Positions 1 to 9,392 of a stretch of 24,207 nucleotides of DNA are shown piece after piece. Where the stretch lies: the IMG/VR virus record IMGVR_UViG_3300020556_000021, positions 1 to 24,207 of that record; one strand, 5' to 3'. The notes below the pieces were generated by a model, which ran no database searches, was not told where the DNA came from, and saw only the letters and a list, made by a program, of their open reading frames with translations. The translations under genes were made by a program, and so were the position numbers. This DNA comes from a virus. Lineage: Duplodnaviria; Caudoviricetes. Position 1 is the stretch's first letter, and each line of letters begins with the position of its first letter.

Positions 1-123
1 CTCTGCCATAGCGACTAACTTCTTAATATCAGATTCCATGCTATCTACTTTTTCTTGCAGATGCTCGACCTGAGCTACTAGACCACCAAATTTGAATGGA
101 TCAAATTCAAACTTATCGTTCAT
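1..123 (-). CDS. Partial (5' end) small coiled-coil phage protein, probably holin-like, start of the lysis module
   Basis: Hand-translated MNDKFEFDPFKFGGLVAQVEHLQEKVDSMESDIKKLVAMAE; ATG overlaps the upstream TGA (ATGA); runs off the window edge. Function inferred from position after the tail fibre genes. Confidence 0.55.
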   Translation of the reverse strand, partial: MNDKFEFDPFKFGGLVAQVEHLQEKVDSMESDIKKLVAMAE

Positions 124-263
124 CCTAGCCTCCGTTTACCTGGCGACTTTTTTGCAACAGTTTTCTTTTTAGTCGCGACTTTTTTGCAAGGTTTAGAAAT
201 ATTTAAAGTTTCCTTTTGAATGTATCCAAACCTATCAAATACCCAGTCAATGATAAACTTCAT
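120..263 (-). CDS. Small basic hypothetical protein (47 aa)
   Basis: Hand-translated MKFIIDWVFDRFGYIQKETLNISKPCKKVATKRKTVAKKSPGKRRLG; ATGA overlaps at both ends; below the ORF-track cutoff. Confidence 0.7.
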   Translation of the reverse strand: MKFIIDWVFDRFGYIQKETLNISKPCKKVATKKKTVAKKSPGKRRLG

Positions 264-466
264 GGCAAAGTCGCTATAAACGCACTAGCATCCGTCATCA
301 CATTACCCTCAGAATCTTGTAGTTCTGCACCAGCTAAGACTTCTTTTTTGAATGTTTGGTAGTCTGTGTTGGCTGGGTCGAATGGGATGCAAGCACCATC
401 AGAGCGCAAGATAACTTGGTTTTCCATGCCATCAACAGTTTTAGATTTTTTATATGTAAAGTTCAT
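260..466 (-). CDS. Putative tail fibre assembly chaperone
   Basis: 68 aa; DGACIPFDPANTDYQ resembles the IPxDPxNxDYQ motif of small genes following tail fibres; coupled to the fibre stop codon. Confidence 0.6.
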   Translation of the reverse strand: MNFTYKKSKTVDGMENQVILRSDGACIPFDPANTDYQTFKKEVLAGAELQDSEGNVMTDASAFIATLP

Positions 467-1953
467 AGTTCAGCCTCAAATATTCCAGTAAAAGCACACA
501 TTGAAGTAGCAGTCCAATTAGCTGCTGAGTTACTAAGTAAAACAGTATCTGGGCTTGATGCATATCCAACGCCACTCAAAATTTGAGGTGTTCCATTTGA
601 ACCAGCAGATACTGTAAAACTTGCACCAGAACGCAATGTTGGAGTAGCTCTCATAGTTATTCCAAAAACAGGTCCGCCTCCTTGCATTGTGTCAGCATCT
701 CGTATGCGACCAAGTGGATAACTTGAATAGGAACGACAATAGCGTTGTGCTAAAGCCAATTCAGTTCCATAAGGTCTGTAATCAAAGCTAGTAGCTGTAG
801 AGCCTACCTCTAGCTGAACTCCTGTGATATAGAAAGTTGCTCCGTTTGTGCCGACTACGGATGTTTCACCAGTAACGGAACGATAATTTCCAGTCTGCCA
901 GCTATTTGCGGTACTTATGCGGTCTGTTCCCATGCCAAGACTAAATCCGACAAATAAACCAACACCATTAGTAGCACCAATCCATGTTCCGCTTGTATCA
1001 CCAGCAATGGTTACTGTTTTATATTCAAATGTGTTTGCAACAGAAATTGTGTAACTAAAAGGATAACTTCTATTGCTTGCAGAATTCTGAAGAAACCCAC
1101 CAAAAGTACCAGTTAATGAACTACGCACCCAAAACGATACAGTAACAGTCTTTGCGTTAGCTGTTCCAAATTCTAAATCAGAAGTATTGAAACCTTCTAT
1201 TGCTTGCAATACAGAATAAAAATCAACAGCCGATAAAACTGTAGTCGCCAATGAAGTTACTAATAACGAGTTAGAAAACCCAGTTGGCGCTGTTGAACTT
1301 TGCTGAACGCTATATTTTGAAGCGTTGCTTAACCCCATTTGCCATCTGTCAAGCGTATAAGTGCCATTTGCTGTAGGAGTAACACTAGCACCAGCATTAC
1401 GCTGGTCAATAACCATCGCACCATTAATGATGCGGTTCTTCATATTAACAAATCCATCTAATCCTAGATTTGTTCTAGCTGCTGCTGCTGTAGATGCTCC
1501 TGTTCCACCATCTGCTATTGCTAGGTCGGTGATTCCTGATACTGAGCCACCTGTAATTGTTGCACCAGAACTAGAAAAAGTATTAGCTGTTAGGCTTGCA
1601 GAGACTACTGTTGCACCACTAAAAGTTGTTGCGCCTGTAGCCGATAAAGTAGTAAATGCGCCTGTATTAGCAGTCGTAGCACCAATAGGCGTATTGTTAA
1701 TTGAGCCACCAGAAATAACAGGACTTGTAAAGGTATTACTTGTTAAGGTTGCGCCAGTAATTGTTCCACCTGTGATCTTAGGTGCTGTCATGGTATATGT
1801 GCCATCTCGAATACCATCTCCGACATCTCGGATCTGCGCCATCATATCGCGCATAGTATCGTTTACTGCGGATGGCAACATTCCCTCTGGCGCACCATCT
1901 GGAGGTGCTGCTGTGTTATTAGCAGGGGTTAGAGAATACTTTGTATATGCCAT
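463..1953 (-). CDS. Tail fibre / receptor-binding protein
   Basis: 496 aa; N-terminal anchor (PEGMLPSAVNDTMRDMMAQIR), Thr/Gly-rich ITGG repeats, LAIADGGTGASTAAAARTNLG shaft motif, C-terminal NRIINGAMVIDQRN...GVQLEVGSTATSFDYRPYGTELALAQRY domain typical of phage fibres; SD AAGGA. Confidence 0.85.
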   Translation of the reverse strand: MAYTKYSLTPANNTAAPPDGAPEGMLPSAVNDTMRDMMAQIRDVGDGIRDGTYTMTAPKITGGTITGATLTSNTFTSPVISGGSINNTPIGATTANTGAFTTLSATGATTFSGATVVSASLTANTFSSSGATITGGSVSGITDLAIADGGTGASTAAAARTNLGLDGFVNMKNRIINGAMVIDQRNAGASVTPTANGTYTLDRWQMGLSNASKYSVQQSSTAPTGFSNSLLVTSLATTVLSAVDFYSVLQAIEGFNTSDLEFGTANAKTVTVSFWVRSSLTGTFGGFLQNSASNRSYPFSYTISVANTFEYKTVTIAGDTSGTWIGATNGVGLFVGFSLGMGTDRISTANSWQTGNYRSVTGETSVVGTNGATFYITGVQLEVGSTATSFDYRPYGTELALAQRYCRSYSSYPLGRIRDADTMQGGGPVFGITMRATPTLRSGASFTVSAGSNGTPQILSGVGYASSPDTVLLSNSAANWTATSMCAFTGIFEAEL

Positions 1954-1963
1954 GATTTTCCTT

Positions 1964-3685
1964 TTACTGTCCTAATAATCCTGCTGTTCCAGCAGGAGCT
2001 AATACAGGTGATACTTGTTGTAATTGAGTTCCTAAAGTTCTAGCTAACTCTGGTCTTTGCATCAATAACGCTCTTAGTGCAGCTTGTGCCGGTTGAGTAT
2101 ATGCAGCACCAACAGCAATAGGGGCTAGTAATGCAGTAGGCTCTATGTATCCAGCACCCAATACCCCAAGACCTGTCATGCCACGATAGGCTGTTCCACT
2201 ATCAGGCAAATTAGCACCCATTACTTTTTTGGCTGCCTCGGCTGTTTGTTGCATACCAGCCTCACCTCTAGCAAATGCGCCTTTTCTAATTGATTCATCT
2301 AATGCTTTTGTAGCAGACAATAATTGTGCAGGGCTAAATACGCCTTCTTGTGCGCCAACACCACTTGCTGCTCTTTCTACTCGCAAGAACTTTGCAAAAG
2401 ATTGATTAGCTTTATTTATTTGTTCTGCATACTGAGGGTTTACCCTAGCTAATAGATTGCGAATACTTAACTGAGATTCTTTAATAGCAGACCCTAAAAG
2501 TCTTTGATCTCCATCGGATGATGTAAGGAAGTTCTTAGCCAATCGACCAAGATCGGAGTCAATAGACTTCCATGCTGTTCCTGTAATTTCACCAGACTTC
2601 ATTCTGTTAAGGATCTTGTCATCTACAATTTTTGCTAATTGATTTGCCCTGTCTGTTGGCAATATATTACTTGCATCTGATGTAATAGCAGCTAAATCAT
2701 CTAATAATGTATTGTCAGCAGAAACTTTAACTTTACTTAAAACCTTATTATAAGCGTTAGAAATGGCATCATCAGCGAATGTAATTGCTTCTCTGCCAAA
2801 CAAAGACTTTGGAACTTTCTTACCTAATGGCTCTAGTGTTTCGTTTATAACAGCCTTGTTAAATGTTTCTATAGACCGCTTTTCTGCTGCTGTAACAATA
2901 TCACCAGCAAAAGGAATACTCTTGGCTGCTTCTTCTAGCTTTTTGGCTGTGCCACCTAGTATCTGTCCTGGTGTAAGTTGAACACCTTGTTCTGCTAGTT
3001 TTCTAGCTTCGGCAGATGTTTGTGGTGATAACACACGACCTAATCCAGATAATACTTTTTGAGTTCCTGCGCCTGTTACTGCGCCAAGACCAACTTGTTT
3101 TAGTTTTTCTGTAGCAAACTGTTCTGTATCTAATACAGGCTCTAATGCGCCTGCTGCTGCTCCACCAATGGCAGCCTGACCAACAGGAGTTGCTGCTACT
3201 CTACCAATTGCTTGACCTGTAGAAACTAACTGTGGAACGCTAGTAAGAGCTTGCGATGTTCTTGCGACCAAAGATGGTGCTGCTGCTGCCGGAACAATAG
3301 TAGATGCAATATTACCAAGCACTCGCATAAAGTCTGTGCCTTCTTCGCCTCTTGCTGCTCTTTCTTGTTGATACTTTTGTTCTACAGCCTTGTTTAATGC
3401 ATCTACTTTTTTAGCTTCTTCTGTAAAAAACTTACTTACATCATTTTCTACAGTTCCACCTAAAGATGTAGCCATAGCCAAAGTTCTTGGTAGCATTTGA
3501 GCTAAAGAATCTAATGTATCTCTTGCACCTCTTAAACCACCAGTTTTAGGCGCAGAAACCTCAGAAGCCATTTTTTGTTCTGATTGACTTAAAGCATATT
3601 GATACGCTTGAACTGGAGTCAATTCTTGTGCTGACTCTACCTCAAACTTACCTCTGCCAGGAATCTCTACATCATAAATAGGCAT
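1964..3685 (-). CDS. Putative large DNA ejection / internal virion protein
   Basis: 573 aa, Ala/Gly/Leu-rich helical with a hydrophobic GGAAAGA segment; last of the ejection cluster (P22 gp16-like position). Confidence 0.6.
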   Translation of the reverse strand: MPIYDVEIPGRGKFEVESAQELTPVQAYQYALSQSEQKMASEVSAPKTGGLRGARDTLDSLAQMLPRTLAMATSLGGTVENDVSKFFTEEAKKVDALNKAVEQKYQQERAARGEEGTDFMRVLGNIASTIVPAAAAPSLVARTSQALTSVPQLVSTGQAIGRVAATPVGQAAIGGAAAGALEPVLDTEQFATEKLKQVGLGAVTGAGTQKVLSGLGRVLSPQTSAEARKLAEQGVQLTPGQILGGTAKKLEEAAKSIPFAGDIVTAAEKRSIETFNKAVINETLEPLGKKVPKSLFGREAITFADDAISNAYNKVLSKVKVSADNTLLDDLAAITSDASNILPTDRANQLAKIVDDKILNRMKSGEITGTAWKSIDSDLGRLAKNFLTSSDGDQRLLGSAIKESQLSIRNLLARVNPQYAEQINKANQSFAKFLRVERAASGVGAQEGVFSPAQLLSATKALDESIRKGAFARGEAGMQQTAEAAKKVMGANLPDSGTAYRGMTGLGVLGAGYIEPTALLAPIAVGAAYTQPAQAALRALLMQRPELARTLGTQLQQVSPVLAPAGTAGLLGQ

Positions 3686-3687
3686 AG

Positions 3688-4851
3688 TTATCCTTTTTGT
3701 CTAACAATAACACCTGCTGGCAATTGAGGAATGCCTAATTGCTCTCTTGCAGATGGTTTTGGTTTTTTATCAGATGGTTTTAATGTTAAATCTAATGTTT
3801 TAAATGGATCAACAATAATCTTTGTTGGGTCTAATTGATAAGATGTTGCAATATCTGTGTATTGTTTATTAAGGTTATCTAGTTGTCCTTTTTGACTTAC
3901 AACTAACTTTTTAGCAGAATTAACAAAATCATCTCGTTGAGCTTCCCCAAGTCTTTCGCCTCTTAATGCTCTGTTATACATATTTCTAATTTGATCTGGA
4001 ACACCAGCAGCATTTTGAGCATTAGCAAACTCAGTTTCACGAACAACAGATGCTGGATCTAGAATCTTCATGTATCCAAAGATTAAAGAAAGGTCGCCTG
4101 CTGCCGATGGATCTTTTGCTGCTGATTCTACCTTTGCAAATGCTTGTGCGATACCTGTATAGTCTTTAGTTTTGTCTAAATACTGACTTCTTAATGTATT
4201 TTCTCTACCAAATGTATCTACTTCTTTTCCTTCTTTTTGTTTTGGAATCTGTTTAACAATATTAAGATTGTCATCCATAAACGCAATAGCATTACCAAGA
4301 TCAATTTGCTTAAATTGTTTTTGTCCTGATTTTGCTATTGTTGCTTGATATTCAAGAAACTTTAGTGGATCTTGCATTATTGCTTCTGGAATAATAGCCT
4401 CTTGCAACTTAGCAAGATCAAGAGTCCGTTTTGGTGCGATAGGCATTGTTAATGCTGACATTGTTTCGGCAGTAGGCATTTCACCTGTTTCTGTAGGAAC
4501 AAGACCAAACTGAGGAACTTCTCTTGTAGCACCTTGAATAGCCTCTTGCATCCTTTTCTGAGCATCTTGCTTTTTCTTGTACTCGCCCAACTGCATACCT
4601 GTAACCATCTGCTTTAGCGTTCTGTCAAACGATTGGTTATAGCCTTCCATGCCTGCGCCTAATGCGCTACCAAATAACTGTCCTGTGCTGATAGGCTCTC
4701 TTGTTCTGCCAGATTGTGCTAACAAAGCAATAGCAGAATTTAACAAGGCTTGTTGTCCTGCGTTGGACTGTAATCGTTGTTGTTCGGCAGGACTAATTAA
4801 CTGAGAGTAGTCTGGTTGCTGACCGAATAAAGCTGATAGATCAATTGCCAT
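3688..4851 (-). CDS. Putative DNA ejection / internal virion protein
   Basis: 387 aa; Gln-rich helical, LFGSALGAGMEGY segment and AGDLSLIFGYMKILDPASVVRETEF motif; P22 gp20-like position. Confidence 0.6.
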   Translation of the reverse strand: MAIDLSALFGQQPDYSQLISPAEQQRLQSNAGQQALLNSAIALLAQSGRTREPISTGQLFGSALGAGMEGYNQSFDRTLKQMVTGMQLGEYKKKQDAQKRMQEAIQGATREVPQFGLVPTETGEMPTAETMSALTMPIAPKRTLDLAKLQEAIIPEAIMQDPLKFLEYQATIAKSGQKQFKQIDLGNAIAFMDDNLNIVKQIPKQKEGKEVDTFGRENTLRSQYLDKTKDYTGIAQAFAKVESAAKDPSAAGDLSLIFGYMKILDPASVVRETEFANAQNAAGVPDQIRNMYNRALRGERLGEAQRDDFVNSAKKLVVSQKGQLDNLNKQYTDIATSYQLDPTKIIVDPFKTLDLTLKPSDKKPKPSAREQLGIPQLPAGVIVRQKG

Positions 4852-4854
4852 AAT

Positions 4855-5832
4855 TTATCCTAATAAAGAATTTGGATTTCTTGCTCTTTGTAGAGCTAGT
4901 AAATTGTATAAACCTGAGTAATCAACATTGCCCTGTGGCATCTGTGTTCTACCGCCCATCTGCATTTGTGGTATTTGTTGTTGTGGTTGTTGTCTACCAC
5001 CTAGTAATCCACTTGCTACTCTTAATCCTTGTAGAACTTGTCCAGGAGTAACACCACTTGGCACACCTTGATATATGGATGCACCACTTCTAGCTTGTTG
5101 CATAACATCTTGTGAAATGTATTGCGATGGATCTGCAAATTTTAAACCTGCTATTTCTTCTGCAATTGCTTCTGGACTTAATCCTTGGCTTGCTAATTCA
5201 CCCATGTATTGCCCAATGGCAGGATCAACGCCAGATGTACTTAAAGTAGTTCCAATTTGACTAGGCGTTAAACCTTGTTTTGAAAGTTGTACTGCATCAA
5301 ATGCTTCTGTGTATGGCAACGCTTGACCAAAAACTTCTGCTGCTGCTGCCTCGGCTACTGCATCTGCTGCTGCAGCAGTTGCTGCTTCTGATAAAAGCGT
5401 AGCACCTACTGTATCTGCTACAGCAGCTTCTCCTGCAAGAGTAGCAAGACCTGTTTCTGTTGCTCCAGTAAATGCTGCTGCTCCTGCACCTTCTCCTGCT
5501 AAGTAAGGTGCTGCATATGGTGCTGCTATTGCTGCTGTAATAAGTGCTGGAGTTACCCATCCACCAGGTATTTCTCTGCCTACAAATTTATCTACTTCTG
5601 CCAATGCACTACCAGTTCCTTGAACTAAATCTTCTGCTGCTCCCAAGATACCACCGCCGCCACCATCCGTTCCAAGAGCAGATGAGATTGGATCTGTAAT
5701 CGGAGAAAAAATATCTCCACCACCGCCGCCACCGCCTTGAGGCTTGATCTTGCCATCTCCACAATGCTCAAAAGCACCTTGTGGTAAATCAGGAATCTCC
5801 ATCAATGCACAGGCTCTGTTGTTGAATCTCAT
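4855..5832 (-). CDS. Putative DNA ejection / pilot protein
   Basis: 325 aa; short leader then poly-Gly, Ala-rich hydrophobic middle, Gln-rich C-terminus; follows the gp14-like gene as P22 gp7 does. Confidence 0.55.
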   Translation of the reverse strand: MRFNNRACALMEIPDLPQGAFEHCGDGKIKPQGGGGGGGDIFSPITDPISSALGTDGGGGGILGAAEDLVQGTGSALAEVDKFVGREIPGGWVTPALITAAIAAPYAAPYLAGEGAGAAAFTGATETGLATLAGEAAVADTVGATLLSEAATAAAADAVAEAAAAEVFGQALPYTEAFDAVQLSKQGLTPSQIGTTLSTSGVDPAIGQYMGELASQGLSPEAIAEEIAGLKFADPSQYISQDVMQQARSGASIYQGVPSGVTPGQVLQGLRVASGLLGGRQQPQQQIPQMQMGGRTQMPQGNVDYSGLYNLLALQRARNPNSLLG

Positions 5833-6236
5833 AATTTATGTTCCACCAATATTTGTTTTTCTACAAATCCAAGTCGTTTTGTTAGTCGTGCAACAGAGTT
5901 TCTGACATATCCTTGAACTTTTGTTGCTCCAAATGCTTTAAACAATAAACATAGTTGCTTGTATGCCTCTTTGTTAGTTACAAACTTACCACCATAAGCG
6001 CAGATAAAAGCCACTTTTTGTTTCGGATATTGAACAAAAGATATAACGATGACACCTTGTATTTTATCTTTTTCAACACCTACAAACAAATCTAGTAATC
6101 CACTTTCTAAGGATTTTTTAAGATCCTGAGAATCGTACTCATCACATCCACTCTGCTCTATTGCCTTCTCAATATAACCCTCTATTACAGACCATTCAGC
6201 CTGTATTTGTTGAGGGCTATATCGTCTTACAAGCAA
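5829..6236 (-). CDS. Putative GNAT-fold virion assembly protein (P22 gp14 / T7 gp13-like position)
   Basis: 135 aa alpha/beta; ends FKAFGATKVQGYVRNSVARLTKRLGF, resembling acetyltransferase-fold proteins beside ejection genes. Confidence 0.5.
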   Translation of the reverse strand: MLVRRYSPQQIQAEWSVIEGYIEKAIEQSGCDEYDSQDLKKSLESGLLDLFVGVEKDKIQGVIVISFVQYPKQKVAFICAYGGKFVTNKEAYKQLCLLFKAFGATKVQGYVRNSVARLTKRLGFVEKQILVEHKL

Positions 6237-7151
6237 TTAGAAGAATCCACCGCCTAATAATCCACCGAGTGCTGCACCGCCTAATGCGCCATAAGTACCA
6301 CCGATTTGTGGGAACGCTTGACCTAATGCGTAACCGCCTAGACCGCCAGCTATACCACCGCCAAGCACACCTGCTCCACGATTTTGGTAGGTAGGTGCAG
6401 TAGTTGTTTGTGTGCCATAGCTTCCTAATGGAGTGCCATAGACCGATGATAGATACCCTGATAATTGTTCGTATGGAAGTCTTTGTCCAAACTGATAACG
6501 AGCCAATTGCTCTTGTAGAGGTTGTGCAGCGATTGCTTCTTGTTGCGCGCCCACTTGAGCTAATGTCTGCGATGGAAGGAACTGTTGACCATAAAACTGT
6601 GGTGCTAGACCAGCCAACTGAGCTTGTTGCAATTGAGCCTGTTGCTGTAGCCCTCTTTCCTGTTGATACTGTGTGCCTGCGATATTGGATGTAATATCCC
6701 CTAGAGACCGCCCATAAGCCTCTGTAGCAGTTCCCAAGGCTCTTTCCATACTACCGCTACCCAATCGACCAGATCGACTGTAAAGGCTCGAAATGCCTGG
6801 CAATACTGCTTGGCTAAATTGTTGGGTTAGTGGGCGAGTAGCTGCCTCCATCATCGCTTGTTGATAGGGATTTGCATTTAAGAATCCACCAGCAGCAGTC
6901 TGTCCGACTTGACCTAAAGATGTTTGATAAGCCTGTTGAGCCTGTTGTAGAACAGGAGACTGTTGGCGAGCAATAGCTTCCTGTTGGGCAATCGACTCAG
7001 TAGTCGCAGCCGATGGGCTTACATAGGTCTGACCAGGAAAGAACTCAGGTTGCTGTCCTGTTAAGAATAGACTCTGCGCCCTTTGCAAACCTTGGGTAAG
7101 GAAAGGTAGTAACGCTGGATCAATTTGCGAGCTTGTAGTAGTTGTTGCCAT
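6237..7151 (-). CDS. Putative DNA transfer / internal virion protein
   Basis: 304 aa; MATTTTSSQIDP N-terminus, NPYQQ motif, GRLGSGS, Gln-rich coil, Gly-rich hydrophobic C-terminus. Confidence 0.6.
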   Translation of the reverse strand: MATTTTSSQIDPALLPFLTQGLQRAQSLFLTGQQPEFFPGQTYVSPSAATTESIAQQEAIARQQSPVLQQAQQAYQTSLGQVGQTAAGGFLNANPYQQAMMEAATRPLTQQFSQAVLPGISSLYSRSGRLGSGSMERALGTATEAYGRSLGDITSNIAGTQYQQERGLQQQAQLQQAQLAGLAPQFYGQQFLPSQTLAQVGAQQEAIAAQPLQEQLARYQFGQRLPYEQLSGYLSSVYGTPLGSYGTQTTTAPTYQNRGAGVLGGGIAGGLGGYALGQAFPQIGGTYGALGGAALGGLLGGGFF

Positions 7152-7155
7152 AGTT

Positions 7156-7953
7156 TTATCCTACGATGATGTATTTATAAGTCATGCCTGATACTGTGTT
7201 AGCTGGATGGCTAATAGTGGCACTTCCGTTGGTTACTGCTGATATATAAGGCATTGTAAAAAGATTACTGGTATAGCCATTCGATGATAGATAACTCATG
7301 GTGGCTATGATGCTTGGTGTTGCTGGTCTAGTAGGTGAAGTATCTGTACCAAAATGCTCAATCGTTACACCAATATCAGATGGTCTCCAAACTAACTCTA
7401 CATAATCGTTTTTCTCTAAACCAATAAAAAAGTTTAATGAGCCAATCATATGACTTGGAACGCCTGCACTTTTTCTTTGTGAGATACCAAATTTACTGTT
7501 TGATGCTGCTACATTAGTACCATTTTTTCTAAACCATACATCTACAAACTCAGGATCATTAACTGTGTTTTTAAACTGCACACTAAACTGAATGTTGTAG
7601 AGTCCAGAGTAACCTGCTGTTAGTTTCGTACTAGTTACTAGACTTGCACCTAAAGCATAGTCTGTAGTGCTAAACGACATAATATTGGCTGCTGTAGTTG
7701 TTGTCGCAGCTTGGTCTGTATCGTCTTGTACCGCTAAATAAGGGTAATACGATGTAGCTGATATATCGTCTGTAGCCATCAACAGAATGACAGAATCTAC
7801 ACCAATACGAGCATCTGTAATTGTTGTAGTAGATGAACCGCCTGTCGCTAGAGTTACCGACCCTGTATTGTTAGTCTTGCCATTCATAATCCCATTGACT
7901 ACCTCTGCTACTCCACGAGGATCGCTACCAAATGGGGGTAATGCTCTAAACAT
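7156..7953 (-). CDS. Virion tail protein (needle/plug-like position)
   Basis: 265 aa beta-rich, directly after the tail hub; contains a C1q/TNF-like segment (SGLYNIQFSVQF...VWFRKNG...DYVELVW). Confidence 0.5.
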   Translation of the reverse strand: MFRALPPFGSDPRGVAEVVNGIMNGKTNNTGSVTLATGGSSTTTITDARIGVDSVILLMATDDISATSYYPYLAVQDDTDQAATTTTAANIMSFSTTDYALGASLVTSTKLTAGYSGLYNIQFSVQFKNTVNDPEFVDVWFRKNGTNVAASNSKFGISQRKSAGVPSHMIGSLNFFIGLEKNDYVELVWRPSDIGVTIEHFGTDTSPTRPATPSIIATMSYLSSNGYTSNLFTMPYISAVTNGSATISHPANTVSGMTYKYIIVG

Positions 7954-9392
7954 TATCTAGTTCCTAGAGGGCTTAAATCTATGTCCATTCCGACTGCGGA
8001 TGTCCAACTACCTGTAGGGGTTAATTGTAGACGATGATAGCGACCAACACCACGCACAGACACTCTATTTTCGGCATCTGCTGCTGTTTGTGATCCAAAT
8101 ACTGTGGACTCTGTTAAAAGCCTACGAGATAGCAATGCCACGTTTCCAGATCCATCATCTACGATAGGTTTAACCATTGTGATAGAGGAAGTAGATCCTG
8201 GCACTTCTATATCCCCTGTTTCTAGGTACGCTGTAGCGTTAGCACCAGAGAAGGTAACAATTTTTGCACCATCCACACCAGCTAACAGCAGTCTGCCACC
8301 AAGCCAAAGTCGGCTATCAAAGCTGGTCAAAATGGTGTCTAGGTTTCCATAGACATCCATGCCTTCTAAAGTAACGGCAGGGGTAGAAGTAGATGCAATT
8401 CTATCTACAGTAGTCGTACCACTTGTCCAACGCTGTGTTTGATAGTTGTAGATTAACAAGCTATCAGGTGTAGAAGAACTATTAGATGCGTATGCCCAAA
8501 TAATAAGTTTCTTAATGGGATCTACTGCTGCCGACATAAGGTACAAAGTGCCTTCATCTACATTATCAAAAAAGAATCGGTTTACTTTTTCACTACCGAT
8601 TGGCACTACATTTTGACCATCACAAGCATAGAATCCATCATCTCCTAAAAAGAACGATGTTCCACCATACTGAATAATCGAGTTAGCCTCATAACATCCT
8701 AAGTTACGACTAATGTTGTCGAACTGAAATATAAGAGGACTGCCAACATAAGACATACGATGAATTGCTCGATCCATAAAGACTAGACCAAATTCACCGC
8801 CTGTAACACCGACTACAGAGCCACCATCGGGAATATCTTGAAAATCTGCTTGGGTCGTAGCGGAAGCTGTCCAACTAGACTCATCTCCCAATGCTGACCA
8901 TTGAACCCTGTTTGGATAACTAGACTGATAGCCTGATACTACAAAGTCTCGCACTACTGTTACATATCGTGCTTCTGGTGCATCTGCTGCTAAGTTATCA
9001 AACAATGTAGAAGTATTTAGGTTATATCCTTGTAATCTATCAAATCCATTAGCTGCAACAATGACATTACCAAATTGCGTAAACTTCCATCGTTGATCTG
9101 TAGGTGTCGTATAGTTGCCAGATTTTGACACATTGTCTAAAGACAAATCGCCAGAATCTAACTTAAATAGTTTTGTAGAGCCACCAGCAAATACAGTTGT
9201 AGCTCCTGCCGTTGTTTTTCCTGCTACCACATTAGTTAGGTTCTCAGATGCTGCAGCCGAGTAATCTACTACTGTAGGCAAAGCACCATAGCCTACTGCT
9301 TTAGAGTAAACATTCTCTGCTCTCCTAAGACCATTAGTAATGCCTGGCTGATCTGGTGTCCATTCTCCGAATGTTATTCTGCTGATTGCCAT
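7953..9392 (-). CDS. Tail hub / DNA stabilization protein (P22 gp10 / tail tubular B-like)
   Basis: 479 aa beta-propeller-like; FGEWTPDQP start, RVQWSAL, GCYEANSII, FFLGDDGFY, PIGSEKVNRFF motifs; position. Confidence 0.75.
   Translation of the reverse strand: MAISRITFGEWTPDQPGITNGLRRAENVYSKAVGYGALPTVVDYSAAASENLTNVVAGKTTAGATTVFAGGSTKLFKLDSGDLSLDNVSKSGNYTTPTDQRWKFTQFGNVIVAANGFDRLQGYNLNTSTLFDNLAADAPEARYVTVVRDFVVSGYQSSYPNRVQWSALGDESSWTASATTQADFQDIPDGGSVVGVTGGEFGLVFMDRAIHRMSYVGSPLIFQFDNISRNLGCYEANSIIQYGGTSFFLGDDGFYACDGQNVVPIGSEKVNRFFFDNVDEGTLYLMSAAVDPIKKLIIWAYASNSSSTPDSLLIYNYQTQRWTSGTTTVDRIASTSTPAVTLEGMDVYGNLDTILTSFDSRLWLGGRLLLAGVDGAKIVTFSGANATAYLETGDIEVPGSTSSITMVKPIVDDGSGNVALLSRRLLTESTVFGSQTAADAENRVSVRGVGRYHRLQLTPTGSWTSAVGMDIDLSPLGTR

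Noticed and set aside
1361-1975. 204-aa plus-strand ORF, and similar ones at 10433-11428
   Set aside because: Antisense shadows of Gly/Thr/Ala-rich fibre codons giving Pro/Val-rich nonsense; no SD or family motif.
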